Shown: in pieces, positions 38,350 through 51,137 of the stretch
Layout of the letters: the number at the start of each line of letters is the position of its first letter
How positions within the stretch are numbered: the first letter of the stretch is position 1
Source: Craspedostauros australis
Lineage: Eukaryota
DNA length: 60,407 bases
Assembly: GCA_030167865.1 (NCBI GenBank)
Contig: JALAGF010003140.1
Location: 1 to 60,407 of the forward strand
Direction: 5' to 3'
Translations under genes and position numbers: made by a program
The notes under the pieces: generated by a model
What the model saw: the letters and a program-made list of their open reading frames with translations, nothing else
What the model was told of the DNA's origin: nothing
Database searches by the model: none

Positions 38350-41300
38350 ATGGATCGTTCGGGCAGGAGCAAGCTGACGCGATACACTTTCGGCAGTGCT
38401 CACAACGCTCACCTCGAAGACACTGGGGGAGGCATTGCCGGAGAGACTTTCGGATCGCTGGCTGACACTCAAGGCGCCAAGCTCAATGCACTGACGCAAG
38501 AGCAGCAGCGGCTGGAGAGTGCGGCGATGCAGAGGGTTGCAGTGCCGAGCAAGGAAACAGGCGATTCTTGGTCGGATAACGATATTTCCAGCATTGAGGA
38601 CAACGGCGCAGCGATTGCGTTTGATGTTTTGAAAGGGGGCGACGACATGCGTGGAACTGCAGGCAACAACAACGCGAACAGCAACGGCGACAGCAGAGCG
38701 CAGACACTGCAGGTTCGGGACTTGTGGAAGACGCAGGCCATCAATTGGGGCTGGGAGGATGGAGACAGGTACACTGACGCCCTCAACAACAACGATTTCT
38801 TCGAGGTGGATGATGAAGGCGTCGACGATGCAAGTTTCCACGCCGACCAAGACGTGCACGATCGCAATGGCGATGACGATGATACGGTGGATGGATCCGA
38901 GCCTGTCATAACCGAGTCAAGTCAGGAAGATAAGGTCAAAGACGACGACGGAGGCGCAGACGAGAAGAAGGATATGCTCGTCACGCCAGATGATGGAACT
39001 AGACAGGCAGCCAACACAAGTGATGGCGACGAATCCAAGCCAGTTGACCAGGTGTGTGTTCCCACGGACATGATGAAAAAGCAACCGAGGACTGGTGAGA
39101 ATGATGCACCGAACCCATCAACAGCGGATGTGGACCTCCAGGAACCGATCACGGAGAAGAATGAAGGCAAACCTACCGATGGCAGCTCGATTGGTGCTGG
39201 TCAACAGAAAATCACAGCCGACGACAACGTCGATACCAACAACGGCGAAAACAAGGACATCGATCAGGACGATGCTGGTGCCGACACTCGTGACGTCGAT
39301 GGTCCAGCAAGGATCGACGAGACGCCTTCCAGTGACTCACAGCCGATGGAAATTGAAGATCAAACCATCCCGCATAATGATGATGATGACGACGACGATG
39401 ACGACGAAAGCACTACAGATGCGACGAACGTAGATCAAGCAACAGAACAGCACGACACCGCGAAAAATGAACCAAGCAATCCAATCATCACAGCAAAGGC
39501 ATTGGACGAGGATGATGTTGTCGCAAACTCAGTTGACGATGATGCTGATAGCGACGATGAGCGCAAACGTGACATGTCCGCTGTGAGCAAGGATGTGTCG
39601 CAACCGCACGAAGCAATGATTGCGACCAACGCAGACGAGTCTCAACCCATTTCTGAGGAGAAACACAATTCCAGCAAGCCACCATCACAGAACGCGTATC
39701 CAACAATCGAGCACCTCATCACGAGCACAGATATGCTATTTGTGCAGGCCGACATCGAGACTGTGACAGTGAAGAACATTGTCGAATCGTTGGAAGCCGA
39801 GCACGGCGTCAAGTTCCTCAAGAAGACCAAGAAGTGGGTGCGTTCTCACCTGAAGGCACTGGTGGAAGGATCCATCGAACCAACCGTGGCCAACGACACC
39901 ATCAGCGACAGCGACGACGATGGATCCGTAGGAAGCGACGCAAACGCCGCCGGCATTGATGGTGATGACATTTCCGACCAAGGAGACTCCGAATCTGATG
40001 CCGACATCAGTGTCAGCGTTGGTGGTGATGTCAGCGACGAATCTGACGACGGCGACGAATACTCGGTTGAAAACGGTAGCAGCCAACGTGACACGAAGAA
40101 AACGAAGACCTCAGGAAAACGCAGCGCATCAATCTCGAGGCGAGGATCGAAAACAGGTTCGGGAAGGACCAAGAAGATCAATAGGAAGAGGAGCAATGTG
40201 AAACGTCCATCGGCACTGACCAAAACACAGCGAGAGGCAGCCAAGGAAGCACGGCGGTTGAACAAGGAGATGCGACGCCAGCGCATGAACGAACTGAAAA
40301 CTCGCAACGAGGAGTTGCAGCAGTCGCAGCAGAAAGAGAGTAAGGAGGACCAGGAACGCGCTGAGGCCATCGCAGCGAGGTTAGAGACGGACACATTGGA
40401 ACTACGCAACCAACGCCTGGAGGATCGTCTCAATCTGCTGCAAAGGTTGGACAAGACGAGAATCAGTGTCGTCGAGAAGCCTGTGAATGGTTCAAGCCAT
40501 CACATTCAGGATGGCGAGCCAAATGTGACGACAAATGACACCAACACAAACAATTCGAATCAGAGTGGTGTCATTGTCGATGGAGGCAACACAGTGCCCA
40601 TTGACGATGGCAGCCACGACAATGCCACCTCATCCCCACAACCTCAACCACAGTCAAACGCTTTGTCGAAGTCAGCGCAACCGCAGAGTTCCGGCGGCGT
40701 TGATGCTGACAGCGATGATGACAGCGACGATGGCAACGAATGCGACGAACATGACTACGACGACGACGACGAACTGGAGTTGGAGTTTGATGGAATCCCA
40801 AAGCGGCTGTCACACAAGCCGTTGGTGAGGATGCATCTCGACAAGGCCAAGACAGCACTGTCGTTCCTGAACAACAAGGCACCATCCCGCACCAAGCCCG
40901 CAAGGAAGCCCAGTGCGGTGGCCTCATCAACGAATGATCGGAAAGCGATGGCCGCCGACTTGACTTCGATTTCGAAAGAGAGCAAGGAGTCACACTCGCC
41001 AAGCAAGAGCCTGGGGGCACGTGCGATCTTGCGCAACATTCTTGTTCAGAAGCAACGCAAGATGGGCAATCGGTGGCTGGCTCGTGAGTTGGGATACAAG
41101 ACCGAGCAGGACCATCTGGAGGATTGCCGAAAGCTTGAGGATAAAAAGCGATCACAGGTCCTGATGATGGAGAAGCTTCGACTCCAATCCAACGAGAGGA
41201 AGCTGCTTCGAGAACGACTTTTGGAGGAGAAAGAGGAGGGTCAGCCGAATACATTGAAGGTGGCCGACACGGGTGTTTCGTCCTCGGCTGCTACTAACCA

Positions 41301-43350
41301 AGCCGGTAACGCAGTCGGAAACGCCAGTGCCAGCACAAATGGCGAAAACAGCGGCGCCTCCGACCAGGTGGAAGAAGTCGACGAAGAAATGGAAATGGCC
41401 AAGCAAATCGAGAGCGAACAGGACAAGGATACCATGCCTATCGACGAAGCGGTTGACACCACCGCACCCCTCATGAGCGCTCCAACGCACGACAGCGCCA
41501 TCGATCCTTCTCCCATGACGCAAAGCGTTGATCACGGCATTTCGACCACTTTATGTGAAGAGGCGAGCTCAAATGCTGGAAGCAATAGCAAAGACGCACC
41601 AAGCAACGAACCTGAAGCCACCGGGTCGACCGATGCTTCCAAAAATGATGCCGCTGCAACGCCTGTGGTGGTGGACCAAGCTGGCGCAGAGAGTGAGTCA
41701 CTGCCCCCTCCAACAGAGAAATCAACGAACATCATGGACACCAACAACGTCACTCACAACGAGATTGGCAATGGCATTGATGTCGACATTGGCATTGACG
41801 ATAGCGATGCCGATTCCAATGCGGAATCCACAGCTGCTGCTCCCGTCAAATCGTCGAACAAACCAAGGAATGCTATGTGGAAAGCCATGCTGGAGAAGGA
41901 GGCACAGAACATCAAGAAACAGAAGCAAAGGAAAGGTCGTAGCGACCTGGTCGAAGCAGAAGCCGAAGAGGAGGAGGAAGAAGCCGTTGCTGGCCTCGAA
42001 GAATTCGGTTTCACGATTAAGAAGAAGAAAGACAATGATGATGAAGACGACGATGAAGATGGCAAGCACGATCGCTTGGAGGCGGATGATTTGGAACACA
42101 TTGTCGATGAGCTCTCCGATGACGAAGGCGATGAAGAGGCTGGCGAAGACGCCAGGAAGAAGATTGCACGCATGGAAGAGAAGCGGCGTCACAAGGAGAT
42201 TCTGAGACGTATGCGCGAGGGTTACGATGGGCGGCGTGGTGGCATCGCCGGAGGCGGTGGTATGGGTGCCAGAGGCAACCTTCGATTCGACCAGCTCGTC
42301 GCTGCGGACAATCGTGAGGATGCCAAACGCCTCGGTCTCCTCAACGATGACGAATTGGACAGCGATGATGATGCCAACGATGACGATGATGAATCCAAAG
42401 AAAATGACCAAGCCGGAGGCAACAAGAAGGCTGGCGATGTGGACGAGGACGAAGACGAGGTGGCATTGCTTGACAAGATGCTGAAGGATCGATTCCTCCA
42501 AAGATCGGATATTGATCTGGAAGAAGCTTTCTCCGAAGACGAAGATGAAGAGGAGGACGACCACGGAGCGTCAGGTAAGAATTACAAAGAGAGAGAGAGA
42601 GAGAATGACAGTTGCCGCTGCTTTGGCATGTGTGTTTGTTTGTTTGTTTGCTGCGCTGCATCAAGAGAGAAGAATAACGACATCTTCATTTTGTCTCAAC
42701 CCATGACATGCTGCCCCCTCCTCACCTAACCGTGCCTTACCTCGCCTTTTCCTACCTCATCGTGCGTATTCACTTCGCTGCCAACACGCAACTCCAACCT
42801 ATACGACTCTGCTCTGCTCTGCTCTGTGCCGACCCAACCTTGACACGAATACGTGCCCGCAGATCTCGCCGCCAAACGACAAGACCAAGAAGAACGCACT
42901 CAAGAGAGGCTCGCCAAGCGGTTCGCCAAGCGTGCCAGGATGCAACGTCTCGAGGACGTGTACGGCAAAGACGACGAATTCACCCAACGACGTCTGATCG
43001 ACGAAGATGACACGATGAAGCAGGAGCTCCAGAAGATGAAGAACGGATTGATCCGCAAACGCAGCGTGTCGTCCACCTCCCGCGCCTCCTTCGCGTCCAG
43101 CAGCAATTCGAGCAGCCGCTTGTTCGGTGCGCAGAGTGTTGACACACCTGACAATCCTATCGCCAACGACTCCAACGTTGGCACGCAGATGCAGCCCGCG
43201 GCGAAGCGGCAACGTATTGGTGCCGAGGCTCCGTCCGGGTTGACCCAGTCCCTTTCCTTCCGAACAAGCAGTCTGGGAGTGGCGTTGTTGTCCAGTCGCA
43301 AGCTAAATCGAAAGACCAGCTTCCTGGGGAGCAAGGTTTCCAAGAGGTAG
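38350..43350 (+). CDS. Large acidic nuclear protein with DEK_C-like domain and Mrc1/Claspin-like C-terminal region, ~1570 aa; exons 38350-42574 and 42863-43350
   Basis: DEK_C-like YPTIEHL...ADIETVTVKNIVESLEAEHGVKFLKKTKKWVRSHL. Mrc1-like LVEAEAEEEEEE..GLEEFG..IVDELSDD..EILRRMREGYDGRR..LDSDDD. Intron TCAG|GTAAGA...CGCAG|AT. An extra 3' exon is possible (AG|GTAGGT overlaps the stop). Confidence 0.72.
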
Positions 43351-43624
43351 GTAGGTGGCTAATACGTATGATTAGACAGGACGACAAACACTGGGATGGT
43401 TACTGGTTACAACATTGCAGAGCAATGCTCACAGAGAGTCGGAGGGTACAGCATTCCAAGGCGTGTAGCGATAGGCTCAACATCCACAGTTCCAGTTGCA
43501 GGCTTGGTCGCTGGTCTCCATTGAAACAGTCTAATGATTCCGGTGTAGTCGATTGTTGTACATAGAGAAGAGCAGAGCAGTTGTACGTCACATTCCTGTA
43601 AGGAGGAGGAGCTGGTGGTGGCGT

Positions 43625-44062
43625 CTATTTGTAGCTGTCCCAGTCGACGTTTGGGCGGACCTCTTTCGACATCAATGGTTGGCGTGATGGGAATCGTCGG
43701 TCCGCGATTGGGTGTGGCTCAGGCAGCGGCTGGATCGGTGCCAATCCCCACTTCTTGACCTCCTTGTCGTTCTCCAGCCGTCCGAGCAAACGGTTGCGGA
43801 CGGTTTGCATGGTGTACAGCATCCCGAAGGAGAATCCGAGGGTGGCGCAAGTGACGGCGGTTGGTCGTCGCACTGGCTTGCCCAAGACGTATCCGTAGAC
43901 CCAGCTGCCAACCGTGGCGCTGCTCATGAGGACGTAGTCGCTGAATCTCAAGGACTTGACAACATCATCAACGGATGGATCGACCTTCACAATTGGGAAT
44001 GTGGGATCCGCGTACTTCGGACTGAAGAAGCGGGTGGGTTGCGTTTGGTTCTCTTCTGCCAT
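43625..44062 (-). CDS. Mitochondrial complex I 21-kDa accessory subunit (NUXM-type), 145 aa
   Basis: FPIVKVDPSVDDVVKSLRFSDY, two hydrophobic helices, then Q..RNRLLGRLENDKEV. Confidence 0.85.
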   Translation of the reverse strand: MAEENQTQPTRFFSPKYADPTFPIVKVDPSVDDVVKSLRFSDYVLMSSATVGSWVYGYVLGKPVRRPTAVTCATLGFSFGMLYTMQTVRNRLLGRLENDKEVKKWGLAPIQPLPEPHPIADRRFPSRQPLMSKEVRPNVDWDSYK

Positions 44063-44912
44063 CGCTGCTTTGGAGGCAGAGATGGAGTGCGCATGGTGCG
44101 AATTCGGTCGTTTCCATCATCATTATCGTCGTTGATGTTGCCGCAGATGATGTTGGTTTGCGCAGCGTGAGGATGCACAGGAGAATCAATTGGTCAGTTG
44201 GTGGGTGCGGCTGACAACGCGTCAAGGAATCAACCACTAGAAGAACACAGTGATGCGCGCATCGATGCATGACATCGGAGCAGGCATCAACGATCTCTCG
44301 AACAAAGAAACAAAGATCCTTTCCCTTTGCCGGTGACGACGTGTCAGCCAACGTCCGAATTGCAAACAAAACGCGCCACGCCATGTCGTCTTCTGTCAGC
44401 TGATCCCTGAAGTCAATCTTCCACTCACGACGACCAGATGAAATCACATTAAGTGGATGATGCACTCACTTCTGGTGTGCGTACTCTACTCTCGAGAGTA
44501 TCAGTGCTGTGCTTTGCTCTGTGGTGTGGTCTTGGCTGCGTTTGGTTGTGTTCTTGCCTCTCTGTGTGTGCTTTCGTTGTTGGTATCGCCTGTTCCTCGT
44601 TTTCGTGCTGTTGTTGGTGTTGATGGCGGATCATGTCTACCTCTTGTCTATTTCGTTCAAGTGAAATACGCCTGAAATGACTGCTGTATTTGAGCGCGCT
44701 CTCAACAAGAATCGGAAAACGATGTCAAACTACCAAAGGCGTACATACGAATGACGGACAGACTAAATCGTAGCGTGCCTTGATCCACCGCGCGCGAGAT
44801 GAGTCCTCCGAAATGAATACACACACCAACAATCTCAATCGCACTCGTTGCATTGCGTTGTATTGCATTGCATTGGTATGAGTTGGGTGTCCAATGGACG
44901 CTACGCTCCTTC

Positions 44913-46436
44913 ATGATTGATCACGACGGGATGTCAACAGAGAATCACGGCGATGTTGATGCAACCATTGCCGCCAATCTCGCGTTGATTGCTGCTGACG
45001 AAAATCTCCAAGGTTTTGGTTGCTTGTTTCAAGAAGAGGACGCCGACGTCTGCGGCGACGATGGCGATGACAACGGCGGCTGCGAGACGCCTACTGTCAG
45101 CAGCAGCGGCGAACAGATCTTCGATCCCAATGAATGCCAATCGTACACGATTTGGTTCGATGGTGATGGGTTGGGCTTCCGAATGCTGCAAGCACTATCC
45201 GCATTTGGTGCCACAGGAGAAGATATCACGGGCCTCGTGCTGTGGGGCGCTTCCGTGACGTTGGCGAAGTACATAACCGAGCACCCACATTTGGTGGAGA
45301 GCAAGACGGTGCTGGAGCTGGGATGCGGATCGGCTCTGCCGTCCATGCTGTCCTCGAGGCTTCATGCATCGAAGGTCGTGGCAAGCGATTTTCGAGAAGC
45401 CGCGTTGGACCAGGTCGATCATCATGCCAGAGAAAACGGCTGCGAGATCGAGCGGTTGCAGCTGGATTGGGAGGATCTGCCTGGCACCGCGCAATTCCAA
45501 GCGGACACCATTCTGGCGTCGGATGTCATCTACGGGGTTGGGTTGGTCCCGGCTTTGACCCGTGCGATACGGAAGTATCTCAAAGCAGACGGCATCGTTC
45601 TCATGGCGACGAGAGATGGCCGACGAGGCATTCCAGAATTTCGACACATCATGAAGCAAACAGCGGACAATGTGTGCTTCGATGAAATTGAAATACTCGC
45701 ATTCGACGACGCCTACCTGCCCTCAATCCCGTCAGAGCTGGAGGGCGACGCCAACAGCTTGGCTAGGCTGAAAGGAGAGCATTCCATTTACGTGTACAGG
45801 CGCAAACAACAACAATGCCCACAACAACAAGAGCGACAGCATGGTTTGTCGACTACTGACATCATGGCTGGGCCAAAACCCGTCGTACCGGTAAGTAGAA
45901 GCGACACTCGCGACGCCAATCGGATATCGCCATGCCACGAGGTCTACCCCGGACTTTGGGTGGGATCTTTGTCATCGTTGAATGAATTAAAGTCGTTGCA
46001 TCAAGTTCAGCAATGGAAGGTCATCTCCATCCTGGATTCGGAATTTCTCATCGGCCTTTGCGTATCCATGATCCTCGCAATCAGAAATGACGATTCGTCC
46101 AGCGCGAAAGTAGAGCAGCATGAAATTTGGAAAATGGCGGACAAGCCAAGGGCACATTTTCTGTCCGAACGATTGACCCATGTCCTCAAGCTCATTGATG
46201 ATGTCATAGGCGGAACGAACGTAACGCGACAGCCAAGTTCCGCATGCCTCGTTCACTGCGCAAAAGGAGTATCGCGATCCGTCGCAGTCTGTGCTGCGTG
46301 GCTGATCACTCGACAGGCCTTGACATTGCAACAGGCCATGGAACGGATCCGCGAGGTACGACCAAACGCGCAACCAAACCTTGGATTTCTCGCAGGACTT
46401 CGTGCATTGGAATCAGGGAAGTTTCAAGTGCTGTGA
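44913..46436 (+). CDS. Fusion: METTL21/Methyltransf_16 methyltransferase + dual-specificity phosphatase (~507 aa)
   Basis: TGLVLWGASVTLA, VLELGCGSAL, VASDF, LDW and ILASDVIY; then HEVYPGLWVGS, LVHCAKGVSRS and PNAQPNLGFLAGL, all in one uninterrupted ORF. Confidence 0.88.
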   Translation: MIDHDGMSTENHGDVDATIAANLALIAADENLQGFGCLFQEEDADVCGDDGDDNGGCETPTVSSSGEQIFDPNECQSYTIWFDGDGLGFRMLQALSAFGATGEDITGLVLWGASVTLAKYITEHPHLVESKTVLELGCGSALPSMLSSRLHASKVVASDFREAALDQVDHHARENGCEIERLQLDWEDLPGTAQFQADTILASDVIYGVGLVPALTRAIRKYLKADGIVLMATRDGRRGIPEFRHIMKQTADNVCFDEIEILAFDDAYLPSIPSELEGDANSLARLKGEHSIYVYRRKQQQCPQQQERQHGLSTTDIMAGPKPVVPVSRSDTRDANRISPCHEVYPGLWVGSLSSLNELKSLHQVQQWKVISILDSEFLIGLCVSMILAIRNDDSSSAKVEQHEIWKMADKPRAHFLSERLTHVLKLIDDVIGGTNVTRQPSSACLVHCAKGVSRSVAVCAAWLITRQALTLQQAMERIREVRPNAQPNLGFLAGLRALESGKFQVL

Positions 46437-46746
46437 TTGCGAAAGCGGAGTTGTGCTAGAGTAGTAAAAGCCTCCATCATACAGACCATCTTCGAGTTGC
46501 TTCCAGCTGACGAAGTATTCCGGTCGCAATGCAACAGTGTTGCCTCTCTCCAGAGAGAGAGAGAGAGTACACGAAAGTAGAGCACGGACAATTACGAACG
46601 GAATGAAGTGCTGATCAAGTAGTTGTCATAGGTGCCTTGCATGTTCACACGGATATCTTGTTGCGTTGGATTGGCATGCTATGCAGTTTGCATACTTTGT
46701 ACGCCATTCCATCCGGAGCCAATCAGTTGGTCATCCATTCGTTCAT

Positions 46747-47640
46747 TTATTTCTTGGCTTCGTAATCCTTTGGATTCGTTCCAGCCATCGGAGATGGTGC
46801 ATTCCCAAATGGCGTGAGCAAGCTCGTGGCTCCTTCGAATAATGATTTGGCAACCGCGGACGTGGCTGCCACAGGGACTTGTCCCATGACGCTTCCGGCC
46901 GACATCAGCTGGCTAATTCCACCACCAGTAGCACTGCCTGATTCGTACTCCTGAGCACGCTGTCGCAGGAACGCCCATGTCTCCGCATAATCCGGCGACG
47001 TGTCCGTCAACAGATGCAGTTCCGTCGATGCGTAGATCATGCCAAGGACAGCGTGCTGCGATACGTCGGCATGGGGATCGATGAGTTCCACGATGCGATG
47101 CAACTGCTGACGCGTCGTGGTGGGTGTTTTCAATCCTAACGCCATGCCTTCGTGCCATCTGTTGCATTGCACCAGCGGCACAACGCGTTGCAAACGAAAT
47201 TGGATTGCATCGCCAATGCGATCCGCCTGCGTGGAATCAGCAATGCTACTGGTGCTGCTACCCTGCAGGTGCTCTTCCAATTCATCGTTCCAACGATCCA
47301 TCCAGTAGGAAACCAGATCATTTGGGGTGATCATCCCGCTCATGGACAACGTCCACCCCTTCTGCGCTACAGCCGCCGCGATCGCATCCTGCGTCCACCC
47401 ATGCACCTTGACTTGCTCCAACGCGACATCGCAAAGGCGATCGCGGAATGCATTCATATCGCTGGTACTGCTGGTTGCAGTTGGAGCTGCAGCTGCGGCT
47501 GATGCAAGCCGAAGGTTTGTTGCCGCGATGGCGGTTGGCCTTGCTGCAACCAAGAGGTTGTACCCCTGAGGCTGCTGCGATGATGCGCGCAAGGCAGCAT
47601 TGCGCAAGCGCAGAGCGGATCTCACTGATGACTTCATCAT
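46747..47640 (-). CDS. COQ9: Ubiquinone biosynthesis protein COQ9, mitochondrial, 297 aa
   Basis: Arg/Ala/Ser-rich presequence; ALEQVKVHGWTQDAI, AIQFRL and IYASTELHLLTDTSPDYAETWAFL. Confidence 0.9.
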   Translation of the reverse strand: MMKSSVRSALRLRNAALRASSQQPQGYNLLVAARPTAIAATNLRLASAAAAAPTATSSTSDMNAFRDRLCDVALEQVKVHGWTQDAIAAAVAQKGWTLSMSGMITPNDLVSYWMDRWNDELEEHLQGSSTSSIADSTQADRIGDAIQFRLQRVVPLVQCNRWHEGMALGLKTPTTTRQQLHRIVELIDPHADVSQHAVLGMIYASTELHLLTDTSPDYAETWAFLRQRAQEYESGSATGGGISQLMSAGSVMGQVPVAATSAVAKSLFEGATSLLTPFGNAPSPMAGTNPKDYEAKK

Positions 47641-48203
47641 TGATGTGGGTTACGGGCGTATGGTACGATCTATAATATAATAGGATAATATGTTGCTCAG
47701 TTCTCGTTGCTGAACGCTTGTGTGGCATGTTTCGGCACACAACGTGGTGGAATGCAAAGTCAAAGGGGAAGGAGCACCTCCTTGTCCCACCCGTTTGCGT
47801 GGCTTTGCGCGACGAAGATGGAGAGGAAGAGAGAAGCATCCCAGATCACGTCATCGTGGCAACAATGACATTTCCACAGTTTGAAGCTATATCAGTACTT
47901 TCAAAATGGATCCATCACCAACCACCACAATTTTCGGTGGATCTTCCCATCCCTCGCCACCACCAACCATCACACACACTCATCAACCATCGAACACGAA
48001 CATCGACTGCCCGCAATCGTACCGCACTCGCTCACATCCCCAAGACGCAAGCATCGGCCGTCTCACAACCCAACCCAACCCAACCCCACCATACCATTGC
48101 AGTGCAGTGCAGTGCAACTCATATTGCTCTTTTCCTCTCTTGCTAGTACGCACGAGCCACATTTACTCCCACCCTGTCACTCCACTCTGCCTTCCCACGA
48201 GAG

Positions 48204-49332
48204 ATGAACATGCGCCTCCTTTGGTTCGTTGCTGCAGGCCTCAGCTCGAGCGTCGGCGAAGCCTTCGCTCCAGCTGCCAGACTGTGTAATCAGAACGCTG
48301 CTGTCACAGCCACCATCGAGATCTCCACAGCAGGATACCGCACGAGCGCATCGACGCTCTGCGTGCGACCCACCAAATGGGACAACATCGTGGATGAGGA
48401 CGAGGATGATCCAACCACCGCGTTCGTCGTCAAGCCGGACATGGAGTACATCCCACGCAACGTGGTGCGACAGCACAAGAACTTCGTGGCCTTGCGAGAA
48501 ATCTCCGGCCGTGAAACGACCAACGATCTCTACGTACGAGAACCCAATTCGGAAGTCTTTTGGTATTGCGGCAAGGTAGTGAGGGTGTCGGATGTCTCGG
48601 TCGAACTGTGCGTCGCACGTCTATGGCACATGATCGAAATGCATGCCACCAATATGCGGCCCATCGAGCTGTTCCCCAGCCGCGGCAAGCTGGAGATATG
48701 GATCGCGCCTGGTGATTCTGAGTTGGAAGTGGCATACAACCGACCCACTCTCAAGATGCAAAAGATGGAACGACTCGTGGAAGGCGCAGACAGCGTCAAG
48801 AGTTCGCTGATTGGATTCCAGGGTGAAGTCTACGAGGGAGGCATTGAGGGTTTCCGAACATGGTGAGATACCTCACGTGTGCATGCATGCTTGTCTGTGT
48901 GCTTTTGTGTTGCTTATCTTGAAACGTGGACCCCAGGACGTTGTTCTTTGATCCTCTTTCGTTTCTTTTGTTTATCACTGTGTGCAAGTACGCGCATCTC
49001 ATGATGGTGCGTGTACTAAGACATACCCATGGAGTGCGCACAAATACAATCACCGCTCCACGTTCGCAGAAGCGATTCTTCGACTTGGAGAGATGAGATG
49101 CTTCATCTCACGCAATGCGATTTTCGTTCTCGTTTTCTTTTGCCGACGTCGTGTGCATTGACTTGGACGCAAACTTCGACTCTGTGACAGGCGAACGGAT
49201 GAGGGGCTGCCAGCGCGTCCCGAAATCAATCCGGGCGGCGAAACGAGACCGCCAACACCACAGGAAATGATCCAGCTCCAAAAGGAACTCAACGATCAAA
49301 GCGCAGATACACCGCTGCCTGGCGACCAATAG
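48204..49332 (+). CDS. Plastid-targeted protein of unknown function (~266 aa); exons 48204-48862 and 49191-49332
   Basis: Signal peptide ending in ASAFAP-type GEA-FAP. Intron ACATG|GTGAGA...GACAG|G gives GFRTW-RTDEGLPARPEI. Confidence 0.8.
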
Positions 49333-49657
49333 GAACGCCAAAAGCACCGCAGCAATAACAGCGGTGATCGTGACCACGGCGGTTCAGATGGGAGTGTTAC
49401 ATTACCTGCAGTGTTCAATGTCAAGTTCGCCTCGCAGTTCTTCTTGGTTTAGAATCGTCTTGGGCGCAACCTCACAGGCACACTCGTCGTGACAGGGTTG
49501 GCCACGAGACGGAATAGCAGACTGGTAAGATGATTTGGATCCACTACTGGTATATGTTATATGCTATGGCTATCGAGGTCAGTATTGGAGTGACAATTTA
49601 TATGGTAGATGAAAGTAGGGAAGAGAATTTCCGCTATACGTGCGAGAACGAATTGAT

Positions 49658-51137
49658 TTAGTATCCATCCTCATCTGAATCGGACAGCTCAAAGAGCACA
49701 CTGGATGCATAGCTCCCAGCATCCTGGCCACTATCGAAGCTGTAGAATGCCTGTTTCGCATCGGGTGACGCTGATGCAGCTGAAGCGGGTGGCTGTTCTG
49801 CGAGCCGAATGGCTGACCCGCAAAGCACATCAACGACGACGTCAAGCATGGTGTCGAGCAGCACTTCGCAAATATGCTCCGCCATGCCGAACATCCCATC
49901 CATCAGCTCTCTGAATTCTTCGGGGCTCGTGAGGATGTGGCCGATTTCGGGCATCGTTCCAATTGTCTCGACGATACTTTCGTCTTCCAACAGGTGTTTT
50001 CGAATTCGCTCAATCTCATCAGGGCCGACGGACAGTTTCTGAAAGATGGCTCGAGCTTTCGGGTCGTTGAACCCCTTGCGAATGAAGTTGTATCCCTGTT
50101 CCAGATTCTCTCGGAGCAGGGCGCCCAACTCCTCTCGATTCAAGGCCTGAAAAAAACGGAGCGCATTGGTCACTGAGAAATCTTCTTTGGCCAATTCTCT
50201 AAATGATTTGGGAGATCCCCACGGACGGCTGGAGGCGTCGCCTTTGTTGCTGTCGTTGGCCCAACTGCTGCTGCTGCGGCTGCTGCCACCGGTATCATTG
50301 TTCTTCTTCTGCAGGTTTCCCGGCAGGAAGGTGAGCTTGGCCCCATCCTTGACACCAACATCTCGCAATACATCGCCCCCAGATAGTTTCTTCCCACGGT
50401 ATTCGATGGTGCCTTCCAGCGCACCATCCTGCCCCGACAGCTCGAACAGGCGCTGTTGCAATTCGGAGACGGTGGTGATACCGCGCAGCTTGTAATTCTT
50501 CCCTCTCAATGAGATCTGCACACTGCGCAAGGGCTTCTTGCCGGCAGCAACAGTGATCAGCAAAGCGAATATCTGTGATGAAATGAAGCGCAAGATGGCA
50601 AATGAGGTCACAGAAGGCCAAAGGTATACGTTTGCAATCGAAGATGGTCAAGTCGATGTGTGAGGGCGCCAAGTGCGTGAGTTGAAGCCGCGCACATCAA
50701 GGGGCAATTAGTACGCCACGCTACGCTTCGGTATGGTACGAGGTGTGGGTGCATGGTGATGTTCACAGCCAACTGGATTCAGCTTCTCGTTTCGTGCGAT
50801 GCAAACAGCCATGGCCACCATTGATACAGCACAGTCTCAACGGAACGGAATGAATCGAGATGGATGGAATTGAAATCACGAGCAACAGAATGCAATGCAA
50901 GCACGGACAGACAGAAGACAGGGTTTGATTTCCAAAGGAAGGGAAGTGCAATCCATCCACGTACTTGTATGCACCCATGCACCAATCAATCAATCAATGA
51001 ATCAATCTATTCACATTCCAGGATGCAGTAGAAGCAGCACTTACCAGAATCAGACTGCAGAGACGAGAGCGGAAGCGAATGCCCTTGCCTCTCGAGGCAC
51101 GGGAGCAGTTGGTGGAATTCGGGCAGTGGAGCGGCAT
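49658..51137 (-). CDS. Signal-peptide-bearing ubiquitin-like + STI1-like (ubiquilin/Dsk2-like) protein, ~335 aa; exons 51137-51045 and 50572-49658
   Basis: UBL VQISLRGKNY..TVSELQ..IEYRGKKLSGGDVLRDVGVKDGAKL. STI1-like IRKHLLED..MPEIGHILTSPEEFRELM. Phase-0 intron CTG|GTAAGT...CACAG|ATA builds the hydrophobic LCSLIL-IFALLITVAA. Confidence 0.78.
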
